From a virus, in IMG/VR virus record IMGVR_UViG_3300049491_000716, positions 16,305 to 80,304 of that record: DNA of 64,000 bases. One strand, written 5' to 3'. Positions 55,588 through 64,000 of the stretch are shown here, piece after piece. The first letter of the stretch is position 1. Every line of letters starts with the position of its first letter. The position numbers and the translations under genes are program-made. The notes beneath the pieces are model-generated. The model saw only the letters and a program-made list of their open reading frames with translations, made no database searches and was not told the origin of the DNA.

Positions 55588-57588
55588 TCAGATGTACGAC
55601 ACGCCGTCCAGGTAGACCACGCCCGTTGAGCGACGACGCTGCCAGTTCATCTCGCGCACGGCACGCAGACCGACCAAGTCGTTCTGGAACAGCGACACGA
55701 GCGACTGCGCGCCGGTGGACGGGTTCGTCAGCATCTGCACGCTGGCTTCCGTGGTGTAGTCCATTGTGATGCCGCCGTCGTCGGCGAAGTACACCTCGTC
55801 GGCCTTCACCAATGCGATGATCGAACCACCGGACACCGAGCCCGGCACCGAGTTCGACGTCACGACCGGCAGGCCAAACCAGGTGCCGCCGTCCATGGTG
55901 ATGTCCGGGAAGATCGCGATGTCTTGCGACGTGCGCTTCATGGACAGGTCCAGCGCGGTCGCCGGCTTCATCACCCACACGCAGCCGGCCATGTCCAGTT
56001 CGGCTGCGATGAACAGCTTCTTCAGGGCGGAGACGTCGGTGTAGATCGCGGCTACCGTACTGCCACTCGATGCGATCGACGCGGCACCGTTGGTGATCGA
56101 AGCCGGGCTGACGTTGGCCGAGGCCGCGATCGCCGGATCGATGAACTGTTGGTCGGCGAACTTGGTCATCGTCGACAGGATGTCGTCACGCACGACCATT
56201 TCGGCCTGCGGGTTCGACATGGTGGCCAGTTCGCGGGTCATCACGACCAGGCTGGCGGCCTTCGAGTGACCGAGAGTAACCGAAGTGAAGGCCATGGCGC
56301 TCGCCGCGATCGGCGTGCCTTCACCAACCCACGCGGAGCTGGTGCCCGACGACGTGCCGCCGATGCGGACGTTGAACGGGATGCGGCGCAGGCCGGGGAT
56401 GCGACCGATGATGGTCTTCGGGTACAGCAGGCCGTAGAACTCCGACGCCAAGTCGTTGTAGTAGACCAGTTGGCTCGCCCAGCCCGACGTGTTGCTGTCG
56501 CCGACGGCAACGGCAGCCTTCAGGTTGGTGTTGCCGACGTTGGCCATGGCGCCCATGACCGTGGCCAGACGGGGGTCGTCGGTCCAACGCTTGGCGATGT
56601 CGGCGGCTTGGCCGAGGTTGCCCTTGGCGGTGATCATGGCTTGAGCCAGTCGCGCAAAGCCGATGCCCTTGGGCAGGTTCGACTTGACGGCGATCACGGA
56701 GCCCGGCACGTTTACGGTGGTGCCGCGCGACGCCGGGGCGCCCTTTTCTTCGACAGCCGGCTTGGCCGACTTCGCCATCAGCGCTTCGTGCTCGGTGAGC
56801 ATGGTGATGTGCTCATCGATCTCGGCGTTCTCGGTGGTCAGCGACTTGCGCAGATCCTTGGCCTCGGCATCCAGCGTCTCGCCGGTTTCCAGGGACTTGT
56901 TGACCATTTCGGTCAGCTTGGCTTCGTTCTCGGCCTTCTTCGCCTTGAAGTCGGCAATGCGTTCAGCGATCGTCTTCATTTCGGTACCTTTCGGGTTTGC
57001 AGAAACAGGAAGCCCACGTTGGGCGGGCATGGCTTTGGTTCCCGAAACGCCGGGAGGGGGTGCACCGAGTCGCACCACAGAGCGCTGCGTGAGGCCTAGC
57101 GCGGCCCGTTGCTCTCTGTCAATGGACTTGATGGCTGTGATTCCGCAGTCGGCATTCGCCGGCACGGTGACAGTTGAAAGCTCGATCACCTCGGCCGCCA
57201 AATAGCGAACACCGTAGGTTCCTTCAATGCGCGCGGTTTCGAGTGCGTTGAAGCCAATGCTGAGACCTTGCACGAGCTTCGCCTTCAGCATTTGCCAAGC
57301 CATCGTGAGGCGGTCCTGCAGCGGGCCCGGCTCGTCAACGCTTGCAACCTCGCAGTCGACTTCCACGCCTTTGTCGGTGACTCGGGCTGCCACCACCCAC
57401 CCGATCGGATCGCGGGCGTTGTGCTGCCATAGCAGAGGAAACGGCAACTTCATCTTCAAACCCTTGGGCTCGACGATGTCGTCCATGCGGTCAACAGTTG
57501 GTGTCGAAGCGATGCCAGTGAAGGTTCGCTTCTTCCCGGGCGCGTCAACTAGCGCCTTGATCTCAAAGGTGGTGTAGGCGCGTTCCAT
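55588..57588 (-). CDS. Prohead protease-major capsid protein fusion (HK97 fold)
   Basis: DRMDD, LLWQH, GLSIGF, ELSTVTVPAN; then AWVGEG...SLFQNDLVGLRA. Confidence 0.92.
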   Translation of the reverse strand: MERAYTTFEIKALVDAPGKKRTFTGIASTPTVDRMDDIVEPKGLKMKLPFPLLWQHNARDPIGWVVAARVTDKGVEVDCEVASVDEPGPLQDRLTMAWQMLKAKLVQGLSIGFNALETARIEGTYGVRYLAAEVIELSTVTVPANADCGITAIKSIDREQRAALGLTQRSVVRLGAPPPGVSGTKAMPAQRGLPVSANPKGTEMKTIAERIADFKAKKAENEAKLTEMVNKSLETGETLDAEAKDLRKSLTTENAEIDEHITMLTEHEALMAKSAKPAVEEKGAPASRGTTVNVPGSVIAVKSNLPKGIGFARLAQAMITAKGNLGQAADIAKRWTDDPRLATVMGAMANVGNTNLKAAVAVGDSNTSGWASQLVYYNDLASEFYGLLYPKTIIGRIPGLRRIPFNVRIGGTSSGTSSAWVGEGTPIAASAMAFTSVTLGHSKAASLVVMTRELATMSNPQAEMVVRDDILSTMTKFADQQFIDPAIAASANVSPASITNGAASIASSGSTVAAIYTDVSALKKLFIAAELDMAGCVWVMKPATALDLSMKRTSQDIAIFPDITMDGGTWFGLPVVTSNSVPGSVSGGSIIALVKADEVYFADDGGITMDYTTEASVQMLTNPSTGAQSLVSLFQNDLVGLRAVREMNWQRRRSTGVVYLDGVSYI

Positions 57589-57602
57589 GGCTTCTCCAAA
57601 TG

Positions 57603-57635
57603 CAAAAAGCCGCCGTGATTTCTCATGGCGGCTTT
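57603..57635. terminator. Terminator-like hairpin
   Basis: AAAAAGCCGCCGTG-atttct-CATGGCGGCTTT. Confidence 0.6.
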
Positions 57636-57652
57636 AGTAGAGGTGGTTGCTG

Positions 57653-57992
57653 CTATTCGTCTGGGCTTGCGGCTTTTCGTTTGTACGGGCCGCGCTTGAC
57701 GCCAAGTTGTGCAGCGATTTGATTCGCGCGATGTTCTGCGCTCGCTTTTCGACCCCGAAGTGACTCAGCGATCTTTCGGCGGTGGTCTTGCGACTTTGGA
57801 CGCTTGACCCCAATGTTCCTGGCCAAGTTGGCGGCCTTCCATTCTTCAGTGTGCTGTGATCCAGCCGCGTGCTTGTTGCCGAAAAGATGAGCGACTTGTT
57901 CCGGCGACCTTTTTATGCCTCGAATCTTCTCGGCGCGCTTCTCTACGACTTCTGGCGAATACTTGCGCCCGATAGCCTTCTGGGAGATCTTT
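57653..57992 (-). pseudogene. GIY-YIG/NUMOD3 homing endonuclease, 3' fragment
   Basis: Joins in frame to the 60961+ fragment when the IS and one TSD copy are removed (…ETKSKISQKAIGRKYS…). Confidence 0.85.
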
Positions 57993-58057
57993 CGGAAGTA
58001 TGTAGTTGACAACCGCACTTCTGGGGCGGAAAATTGCTCTATCGAAGGGGCAATTCA

Positions 58058-58333
58058 ATGAAACAAAAGCCAGTTCAACGCCCGATGATTTGGGAAAAGA
58101 CGGACATCAACGTTGTTGAGTTGAACTTTGGCGGCGGTCCGCATCGTTCGCTTGAGGTGCGACTCCAGATTGCAGAAATTCACTCCACGCCTGGGCATAG
58201 GCGGCCGAACGTGGTGACTCAAACGCCTTGGTACGTCCTACCACTCGACGCAGCAGAGAGCCTTGCTCAACAGCTAGCCGAAGTTGTTCGGCAAGCGAAG
58301 GCAATGCAGGCCTCGGCCGGTCCTCAACAATAG
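58058..58333 (+). CDS. IS passenger hypothetical protein
   Basis: ORF between the left TIR and the transposase. Confidence 0.55.
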   Translation: MKQKPVQRPMIWEKTDINVVELNFGGGPHRSLEVRLQIAEIHSTPGHRRPNVVTQTPWYVLPLDAAESLAQQLAEVVRQAKAMQASAGPQQ

Positions 58334-58374
58334 ACGTATCTGGACTTGGCTGGTAGCTCATTCGGAATCCAATC

Positions 58375-59292
58375 ATGTCAACAGCAACTCACACAGAACC
58401 TCAATTCAACGATGACGACGCGGCACGCGAGCACCTGGAAGCCATCCGCTGGCCCAATGGACCCGTCTGCCCGCATTGCGGTGGCACAGAGCGCAATAGT
58501 CGCCTGAATGGCGCCTCGCATCGCCCCGGCCTGCTGTTCTGTGGCGACTGCCGCGAACAGTTCACCGTGACTGTCGGCGCTGTGTTTGAGCGCTCGAAGG
58601 TGCCGCTTCACAAGTGGGTCTATGCGTCGCACCTGATGGCCGCCAGCAAGAAAGGCGTCAGTTCCAAGCAATTGGAGCGTGTGCTCGGCGTGACCTACAA
58701 AACAGCTTGGTTCATGTCGCACCGTCTGCGCGAAGCCATGAACATCGAACCCAGCGGCATGCTGGGCGGTGGCGGCGGCCCCGTGGAGGTCGATGAAACC
58801 TTCTGGGGCAACAAGGGCAAGCAGAAGCCCGGCGCGCGTTCCTACCACCACACCATGAAAGTTGTGTCGCTGGTCGAACGCGGCGGTGAGAAGCGTTCGT
58901 TCCATGTTCCGAACGTGAGCCCGACTACCTTGCGCCCGATCCTCAATGCGCAGATCGCCAAGAAGGCGCGCCTGATGACGGACGAGGCCGGTGTCTACAC
59001 CAAGATCGGCCGTGACTTCGACTCGCACGAAGTCGTGAACCACAGCGCGAAGGAATACTCGCGCGGCGACGTGACCACGAATAGCGCCGAATCCAGCTTC
59101 GCGCTTCTCAAGCGTGGCCTTGTCGGCACCTTCCACAGCGTGAGCGAGCAGCACTTGCAGCGCTACGCCACTGAGTTTGATTTCCGCTGGAATACCCGCC
59201 AGTCGCTCGGCTTCAACGACGCCGACCGTGCCGCGCTGGTGCTCAAGAACATCGGCGGCAAGCGCTTGACCTATCGGCGGATTGACGCATAG
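58375..59292 (+). CDS. IS1595-family transposase
   Basis: RWPNGPVCPHCG Zn ribbon, LGVTYKTAW, VEVDETF, LMTDE, TTNSAES, EFDFRWN. Confidence 0.95.
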   Translation: MSTATHTEPQFNDDDAAREHLEAIRWPNGPVCPHCGGTERNSRLNGASHRPGLLFCGDCREQFTVTVGAVFERSKVPLHKWVYASHLMAASKKGVSSKQLERVLGVTYKTAWFMSHRLREAMNIEPSGMLGGGGGPVEVDETFWGNKGKQKPGARSYHHTMKVVSLVERGGEKRSFHVPNVSPTTLRPILNAQIAKKARLMTDEAGVYTKIGRDFDSHEVVNHSAKEYSRGDVTTNSAESSFALLKRGLVGTFHSVSEQHLQRYATEFDFRWNTRQSLGFNDADRAALVLKNIGGKRLTYRRIDA

Positions 59293-59533
59293 GGCGTCTT
59301 CCAACAATCACACCGCCACGCCGCGAACCACGAAGCTAAAGAAGGTAGCGGCGATGCGAGCCAAGACAACGAAGCAGGCGGCGACGTATTCACCAGTGGT
59401 CGGCGCTGAGCACTGTCCTGTGTGCTGGGTTCAGCACGATTTCATGAACCGACTCAGAACCGAGAAACATGCAAATGGCGATGCTGTCGCAGTCGTCGTC
59501 TGCGATGTGTGCGGACTGTATCTGCCACTTTGA
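59282..59533 (+). CDS. IS passenger Zn-ribbon hypothetical protein
   Basis: CPVC...CDVC. Confidence 0.45.
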   Translation: MTHRASSNNHTATPRTTKLKKVAAMRAKTTKQAATYSPVVGAEHCPVCWVQHDFMNRLRTEKHANGDAVAVVVCDVCGLYLPL

Positions 59534-59540
59534 CCAAGCC

Positions 59541-60212
59541 ATGACCAAACAATCACGGGATGAGGTATTCAAGGCCGTTCAGACTGAACATGAAAATTTC
59601 AAGCTGGCGCTCGGAAACTTGATGCTGTCATGGGCTGATGCCGAATCAGCCCTCTACTGCGTACTCCGTCACTATGCTGGCGTCTCCGATGACGTCGCTC
59701 GCGCAGTCTTCTCTGGTACTCGCGCGAAGGGCATGATCGAGTTCATCAACAACATCGGCCACAACACCAACATGGATTCGGCGAGACGAAATGACCTAGC
59801 GATCGTCTTTTCTCATATGAGCGCGATCAACACGATGCGGGATCGCCTTGTTCACAACTCAAGCGCAGGTGAGATTCGGTTTGAAATGGACGATCCGGGG
59901 TCGCGGTAGTTGACCAACGAAGGCCGCGTAAGTCGTCGAGGAAACGCGTTCAGGTATTCGATAGGTTCCTCGCTCATTAACGACATGAGCACTGACCTCC
60001 TATCTATTTGCTGGCACCTTCTTGCCCACCGTGACAGTGTTCCATTTCAGCCGTGGGCTGGTGTGTCTGGTCGAGAGCGGCCATACGCATGGCTTTATAG
60101 ACCTCCACAACCAGCAAGTGCTTCGGGTAGGTCTGATAAAGCGCCTCGTAAACTGAAAGGCCAGCCTCTTCCATCTCGGAAGAAACCTGCGCGCGACAAG
60201 GATCAGACATGA
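59541..60212 (+). pseudogene. IS passenger gene split by an in-frame TAG (59907-59909)
   Basis: Two ORFs abut in the same frame; R-D-x-L-V-H (HEPN-like) motif. Confidence 0.55.
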
Positions 60213-60355
60213 AGACACCTCAACAAAATGAGCCTTCCCCACTCACTGGGGACGAAATCCTTCGGCGCATGCTCAATACGCCGCCTAAGCCGCACGAACC
60301 GAAGTCAGCGGCTACTCCGGCGCCAGCAAGAAAGCGAGCTAAGAAGCCGACCTGA
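60209..60355 (+). CDS. Small IS1595-associated peptide (48 aa)
   Basis: MKTPQQNEPSPLTGDEILRRMLNTPPKPH...; ATGA overlap; below the ORF-track cutoff. Confidence 0.55.
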   Translation: MKTPQQNEPSPLTGDEILRRMLNTPPKPHEPKSAATPAPARKRAKKPT

Positions 60356-60423
60356 AATGGCGGGCGCCCGCTCCCGTGGTGCAATTGGCTTCTCACAAGC
60401 AATCACCCACGAAAGGGGCTCCC

Positions 60424-60825
60424 ATGAAATCGTTCTTCGTAAAAGGGATCACAAGTCAGGGGCTCGACGAGGACGGCGCTACTGGCTACGTGACGCTGGA
60501 CATTGAGGGCGACGAGCCATTCGAGTTGCGCATTCCGATGGGCGCGCCTGTGGCGCAACTCATTGAGGTTCTGCTTGACCAATCGAACGCCGCCGGCCCC
60601 AAGCAACGCGCGCACCAAGGCGCATCAACGCTCCACCAAGCCATACCCGTGCCGATGCGACCCTCAGATATAGGAGTCGCGGCAGCCGGGAATGAGGTTG
60701 CGCTCTCGTTTCACTTTGGATCGTTGCGTCTTCTGCTTCCAGTTCCCAGCGCGCAAGTTCGATCCATTGCCGAGAGTCTGGTGACGGCAGCGGGATTGAA
60801 ATCCGGCCCTGGATCAGTTCACTAG
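60424..60825 (+). CDS. IS passenger hypothetical protein
   Basis: GAAAGGGG RBS; 133 aa. Confidence 0.55.
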   Translation: MKSFFVKGITSQGLDEDGATGYVTLDIEGDEPFELRIPMGAPVAQLIEVLLDQSNAAGPKQRAHQGASTLHQAIPVPMRPSDIGVAAAGNEVALSFHFGSLRLLLPVPSAQVRSIAESLVTAAGLKSGPGSVH

Positions 60826-60960
60826 CGCTGCGCCCCGCATCAAAGTCGTTCATGGAAGCCCCAATGAAAAGGCCCGCTCAGCGCGAGCCTTGACACGAAT
60901 TCTGGCCTGTCATCCATATTGGACCTCTCCCGGCTTGCGTTTCTCACCTACACACTTCCG

Positions 60961-61305
60961 AGATCTTTGACTTTGTTTCTCGTGTCGCTTTCCGACCCAG
61001 CGAGTTTCCCGCGACCTTCAGCACGTTGTACTCAGGAGACAGCGCGTCAAGCGCGATCTGCTCGTACAGCAACAGGCTGGGCTTGTCGCACAGGATCAAG
61101 ACTTGAAACTGGAAGGCACCCTGTCCGTACTTGTTCCAAGCGGGCTGAAGGTGCCGGCTGTGTGGCTCCCGGCACGCAAACCTGCGCGATGACAGTTCCA
61201 TCGCTTCGTAAATGACAGCGCGCTTCCGACGTATCTGGCGCCGTTGACCGTATTAACGATCTCATAGATGCCCGTGTTGTGCGGGCGTACACTCTTCTCA
61301 GCCAT
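60961..61305 (-). pseudogene. GIY-YIG homing endonuclease, 5' fragment (frameshift near 61160)
   Basis: GIYEIVN...YVGSA...RW in one frame, HSRHLQ-AWNKYG...EQ...PEYN in another. Confidence 0.85.
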
Positions 61306-61399
61306 CGCTGATACCCTAGATCAGTGGTGGTCAGAAGCCCGCTGATGTTTCCGCACCTTCGGGCTTCGCTATTTCATGCGCCTATTCTCGCCTTTTCCA

Positions 61400-63070
61400 T
61401 CAAGCGCCGATCGAGAACATCTGAAATTGCGGCGGCTTTGGTGCCACCGGGTTCAGCGAGAGCAGCGTGACGGCATCCATCAGGGCCATCAGCGGGTCAA
61501 TCTTGGCGGTGCCGCTTGCCTGCTTCGTGATCAGCACGGCGTTGCCGGTGAGCACGATGCGGGCGTTTCCGCAGCACCAGTTCATCATGCGTTGGCCGCC
61601 GTGGATTAGCGCGCCTTCGGCCAACTTGCGTTCGGCTGTCTTGATGGCGCCGGCCATCTTCCAGCCCTGCGAGACCCCGATGATCTTGTCTTCGGGGATC
61701 TTCAAGGCAATCAGGGCATCAAGGATGCCGCCGAGACCGTGAGGGTCAACGCCGATCTTGTCAAGTTTCTTGCTGGCTTCGACGCGGGCGCAGATTTCAG
61801 CCAACTCGGTGACGTCTTCGCCGATCATCTCCACGAAGGTCAGGTCGCCGTCGTCGCGGAAACCGTTCATCTGTGTGACTTCGCTTTTGCGCAACTCAAG
61901 CACGGACGGATGGGCCCATGCGTGAGTCCATGCCAACCACTTGCCGGTTTCGGCTTCGCGGCCGGCGACGGCCAGGCCAAGCAAGTCATCCAGCCCGCCG
62001 CCGTCAATCCCGATGTCCAGCACTTCGCAGCGGCGGATCAGTTCGTCCAGCGTCAGGCCGGGGCGTGCTTGGCGCTCCCAGAAATTTGCACCGGCCCATC
62101 GGTCGCTTCGGAGATGCAGGCCAACTTCGACGTTCGCGAACTTGGCCAAGAATCCGCGGATCGTCTCTTCGCCGCCATCCTGCGCCTCTTGATACTTGCG
62201 CGCGTGGAAGGCTTCGTCAACGCTGGCGCCGAGATTTGGGTTGGTGACGTAGAAGTTCTTGATGTCGCGGCATGCGCCAGACTTGATCATCGCCGGTGGA
62301 AACTCGTAGAGGACTGGCAAGAAAGCGTTGTCGCTCACCTTCCCATCACGCACGCGCCTGGCGTATTCCAACTTCTGCTTGAACACGCCGGCCGGCGCCT
62401 CGTTGGAGTGCGTGCTGGCGTAGATCACGAAGCCTTCGGGGCGCGATGCCATGCCGCCGGTTGCCTCCAGCAGCATGTCGGCGGCGCCCGGCTTCTTGCC
62501 GAAGGCCCAAAGTTCGTCGACGAATGTGCCAATCCACTTCTTGCCGGTCACGGTGTCGCTGTCGGCGGCCACGACCTGCAAGGTGCCCCCATTCTGGCGG
62601 TGCGTGATCGTGCGGATGTGGTCCTGCACGTGCAGCAGGTCGCTCAACTCTTCGTCGCGCCGAATCATGTCGCGCGCCGGGCGGAAGGCGTTGTTCGCTG
62701 CCTCCATGGTTGGGGCCAAGATGCCGAACTCACCGCTCTCACGCCAATTGCGAATCAGCGCAGTCAGCATGATTCCAGCCGCCGTGGTGCTCTTGGCGTT
62801 CTTCTTCGAGATCAGCAAGAAGTATTCGGCGATCAGGCGGCGGCCGACTTCCGAGTCATACGACCCGAAGATCGCCTTCGCGAAATCCCTGACCCACGGC
62901 CTGGCCGCATCGCCCATCCGCGGGCTTCCGGGAGCATCAACGATCAAGAGGTCGTCGAAGACGAGCATTGCTGCGTCGGCTTCTTCTGGGAACAGTGGGT
63001 CAAACGAAATCAGCGACTTGCCGGCGACGATCCGACTTTCCCAGTCAAGGCAGGCGGTTGACCATTCCAC
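61400..63070 (-). CDS. Terminase large subunit
   Basis: ISKKNAKST Walker A, FVDELW Walker B, GIDGG, KIDPLMA. Confidence 0.93.
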   Translation of the reverse strand: MEWSTACLDWESRIVAGKSLISFDPLFPEEADAAMLVFDDLLIVDAPGSPRMGDAARPWVRDFAKAIFGSYDSEVGRRLIAEYFLLISKKNAKSTTAAGIMLTALIRNWRESGEFGILAPTMEAANNAFRPARDMIRRDEELSDLLHVQDHIRTITHRQNGGTLQVVAADSDTVTGKKWIGTFVDELWAFGKKPGAADMLLEATGGMASRPEGFVIYASTHSNEAPAGVFKQKLEYARRVRDGKVSDNAFLPVLYEFPPAMIKSGACRDIKNFYVTNPNLGASVDEAFHARKYQEAQDGGEETIRGFLAKFANVEVGLHLRSDRWAGANFWERQARPGLTLDELIRRCEVLDIGIDGGGLDDLLGLAVAGREAETGKWLAWTHAWAHPSVLELRKSEVTQMNGFRDDGDLTFVEMIGEDVTELAEICARVEASKKLDKIGVDPHGLGGILDALIALKIPEDKIIGVSQGWKMAGAIKTAERKLAEGALIHGGQRMMNWCCGNARIVLTGNAVLITKQASGTAKIDPLMALMDAVTLLSLNPVAPKPPQFQMFSIGA

Positions 63071-63073
63071 AGG

Positions 63074-63415
63074 TCAGCGGCCGATGGCCAGAAGTGCAGC
63101 AGCCTCTTCGCGCTGTTTTGCCCCCGAATGGCATGGGCCACACAAACTTTGCCAATTTTCCTCGGACCAAAAGAGAACCTGGTCTCCGCGGTGCGGGATC
63201 TTGTGGTCGACGACGTTTGCTGCTTCAATCAGGCCTGCGGTCTCGCACTTCACGCACAGCGGATTGCGCGCCAGGAACCGCTCGCGCGCCTTACGCCATG
63301 CGTAGGTATAGCCGCGCGAGTTGGAGTTGGCGCCGGTCGGGAACCAAGTTCCCACCGACACCGACGACTTCAAGCCGGTCTGCACATTGGCAAGACGCGG
63401 CTGCACGGTCTTCAT
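63074..63415 (-). CDS. Terminase-associated HNH endonuclease (HK97 gp74-like)
   Basis: RGY-x-x-W, PLCVKC, VVDHKIPHRGD, NWQSLCGPCH. Confidence 0.88.
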   Translation of the reverse strand: MKTVQPRLANVQTGLKSSVSVGTWFPTGANSNSRGYTYAWRKARERFLARNPLCVKCETAGLIEAANVVDHKIPHRGDQVLFWSEENWQSLCGPCHSGAKQREEAAALLAIGR

Positions 63416-63930
63416 GGTCGGTTGCTGACCAAGCGCGGCGGCGCAGAGGCCGCGAACTTGCCAGCCCCCGCAGTCTTGGCGGCCACCTGCTGAATCAGTT
63501 TCTTGCCACTCTCACCCTGCTTCTTGTGCAGGTAGACGGCTGCCGCAACCGCCATGCGATCCCGCCTGCCGGCATCGGCAAGGGGGTTGTTCATGACGGC
63601 GAGCATGTACTCAAGGGGGCTTCTCTTGTCACCGTCCAGGTTGCCTTCGTCTTCACCCTGATGGGCCGTGACGGCGGCGTCTGCATCGGTCGTTTTGACC
63701 TGTTCTGCGGTAACCGTAGGCTCAGCCTGCGCCTTGGCGTTCGGCGCGCGTGGCACCCCGAACTTCTTGGCCTTCGGCTTTGTCGCCGCCTTGGCGGCCG
63801 GGGCCAACACCTTTTTCGGCGCAACCACGCCGGCAGCCTTTGCCGCAGCGCGTGCCGCTCGAGCCGCCAACTTCTGCGCCTCGGTCATCTTCGGGCGCCC
63901 TGCGCCAACTCGTGGACCACCTCTCGACAT
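63412..63930 (-). CDS. Terminase small subunit
   Basis: RGGPRVGAGRP, PLEYMLAVMN...RRDRMAVAAA; position. Confidence 0.75.
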   Translation of the reverse strand: MSRGGPRVGAGRPKMTEAQKLAARAARAAAKAAGVVAPKKVLAPAAKAATKPKAKKFGVPRAPNAKAQAEPTVTAEQVKTTDADAAVTAHQGEDEGNLDGDKRSPLEYMLAVMNNPLADAGRRDRMAVAAAVYLHKKQGESGKKLIQQVAAKTAGAGKFAASAPPRLVSNRP

Positions 63931-64000
63931 TTCAAACGTCCTTCACCTTTGGTTTTCAAAGGGGCGCACCGTTTTGTTGTGCGCCGGCTATTCATACGAC

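Larger units (their letters stand above)
57993..60960 (+). mobile_element. IS1595-family element with passenger genes (2968 bp)
   Basis: 25-bp imperfect TIRs (CGGAAGTATGTAGTTGACAACCGCA / CGGAAGTGTGTAGGTGAGAAACGCA); 8-bp TSD AGATCTTT at 57985-57992 and 60961-60968. Confidence 0.92.
1..64000. mobile_element. Tailed dsDNA phage/prophage (HK97-type head, siphovirus tail), partial
   Basis: Complete late module from terminase to lysis on the - strand, converging on an early recombination region on the + strand; no host housekeeping genes, integrase or att ends seen. Confidence 0.95.

Noticed and set aside
1-64000. CRISPR array, tRNA/rRNA, reverse transcriptase/DGR, integrase or intI
   Set aside because: No repeat-spacer array, cloverleaf, RT motif or tyrosine-recombinase motif was recognised by eye

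Overview
The whole window is one high-GC tailed dsDNA phage or prophage with an HK97-fold head and a siphovirus tail; a Burkholderiales host is inferred from its pilin. Positions 1-13.3 kb (+) are the early/accessory region: an SNF2 helicase-DNA methyltransferase fusion, a two-cassette integron-like array (two canonical attC sites plus an attI-like site, inverted, no intI in the window), RecT, a YqaJ exonuclease, NinB-like and Lar-like genes, a complete type IVa pilin, and several apparently truncated or fused genes. Positions 13.4-64 kb (-) are the late operon, read from the right: terS, HNH, terL, protease-major capsid fusion, portal, head-tail genes, tail tube, chaperones with a -1 frameshift, tape measure, tail tip, holin and GH19 endolysin, and a Rap1a-like gene. 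About 19.5 kb between the portal and the head-tail connector holds roughly ten glycosyltransferase, DUF115(Maf)-like and methyltransferase genes. They are interleaved with collagen-like, Ig-domain and Thr/Ser-rich repeat proteins, forming a candidate virion glycosylation/appendage system. Six free-standing homing endonuclease genes are present; one is split by a 2968-bp IS1595 element with passenger genes and an 8-bp target duplication. All product calls come from motif recognition by eye; no database search was run.
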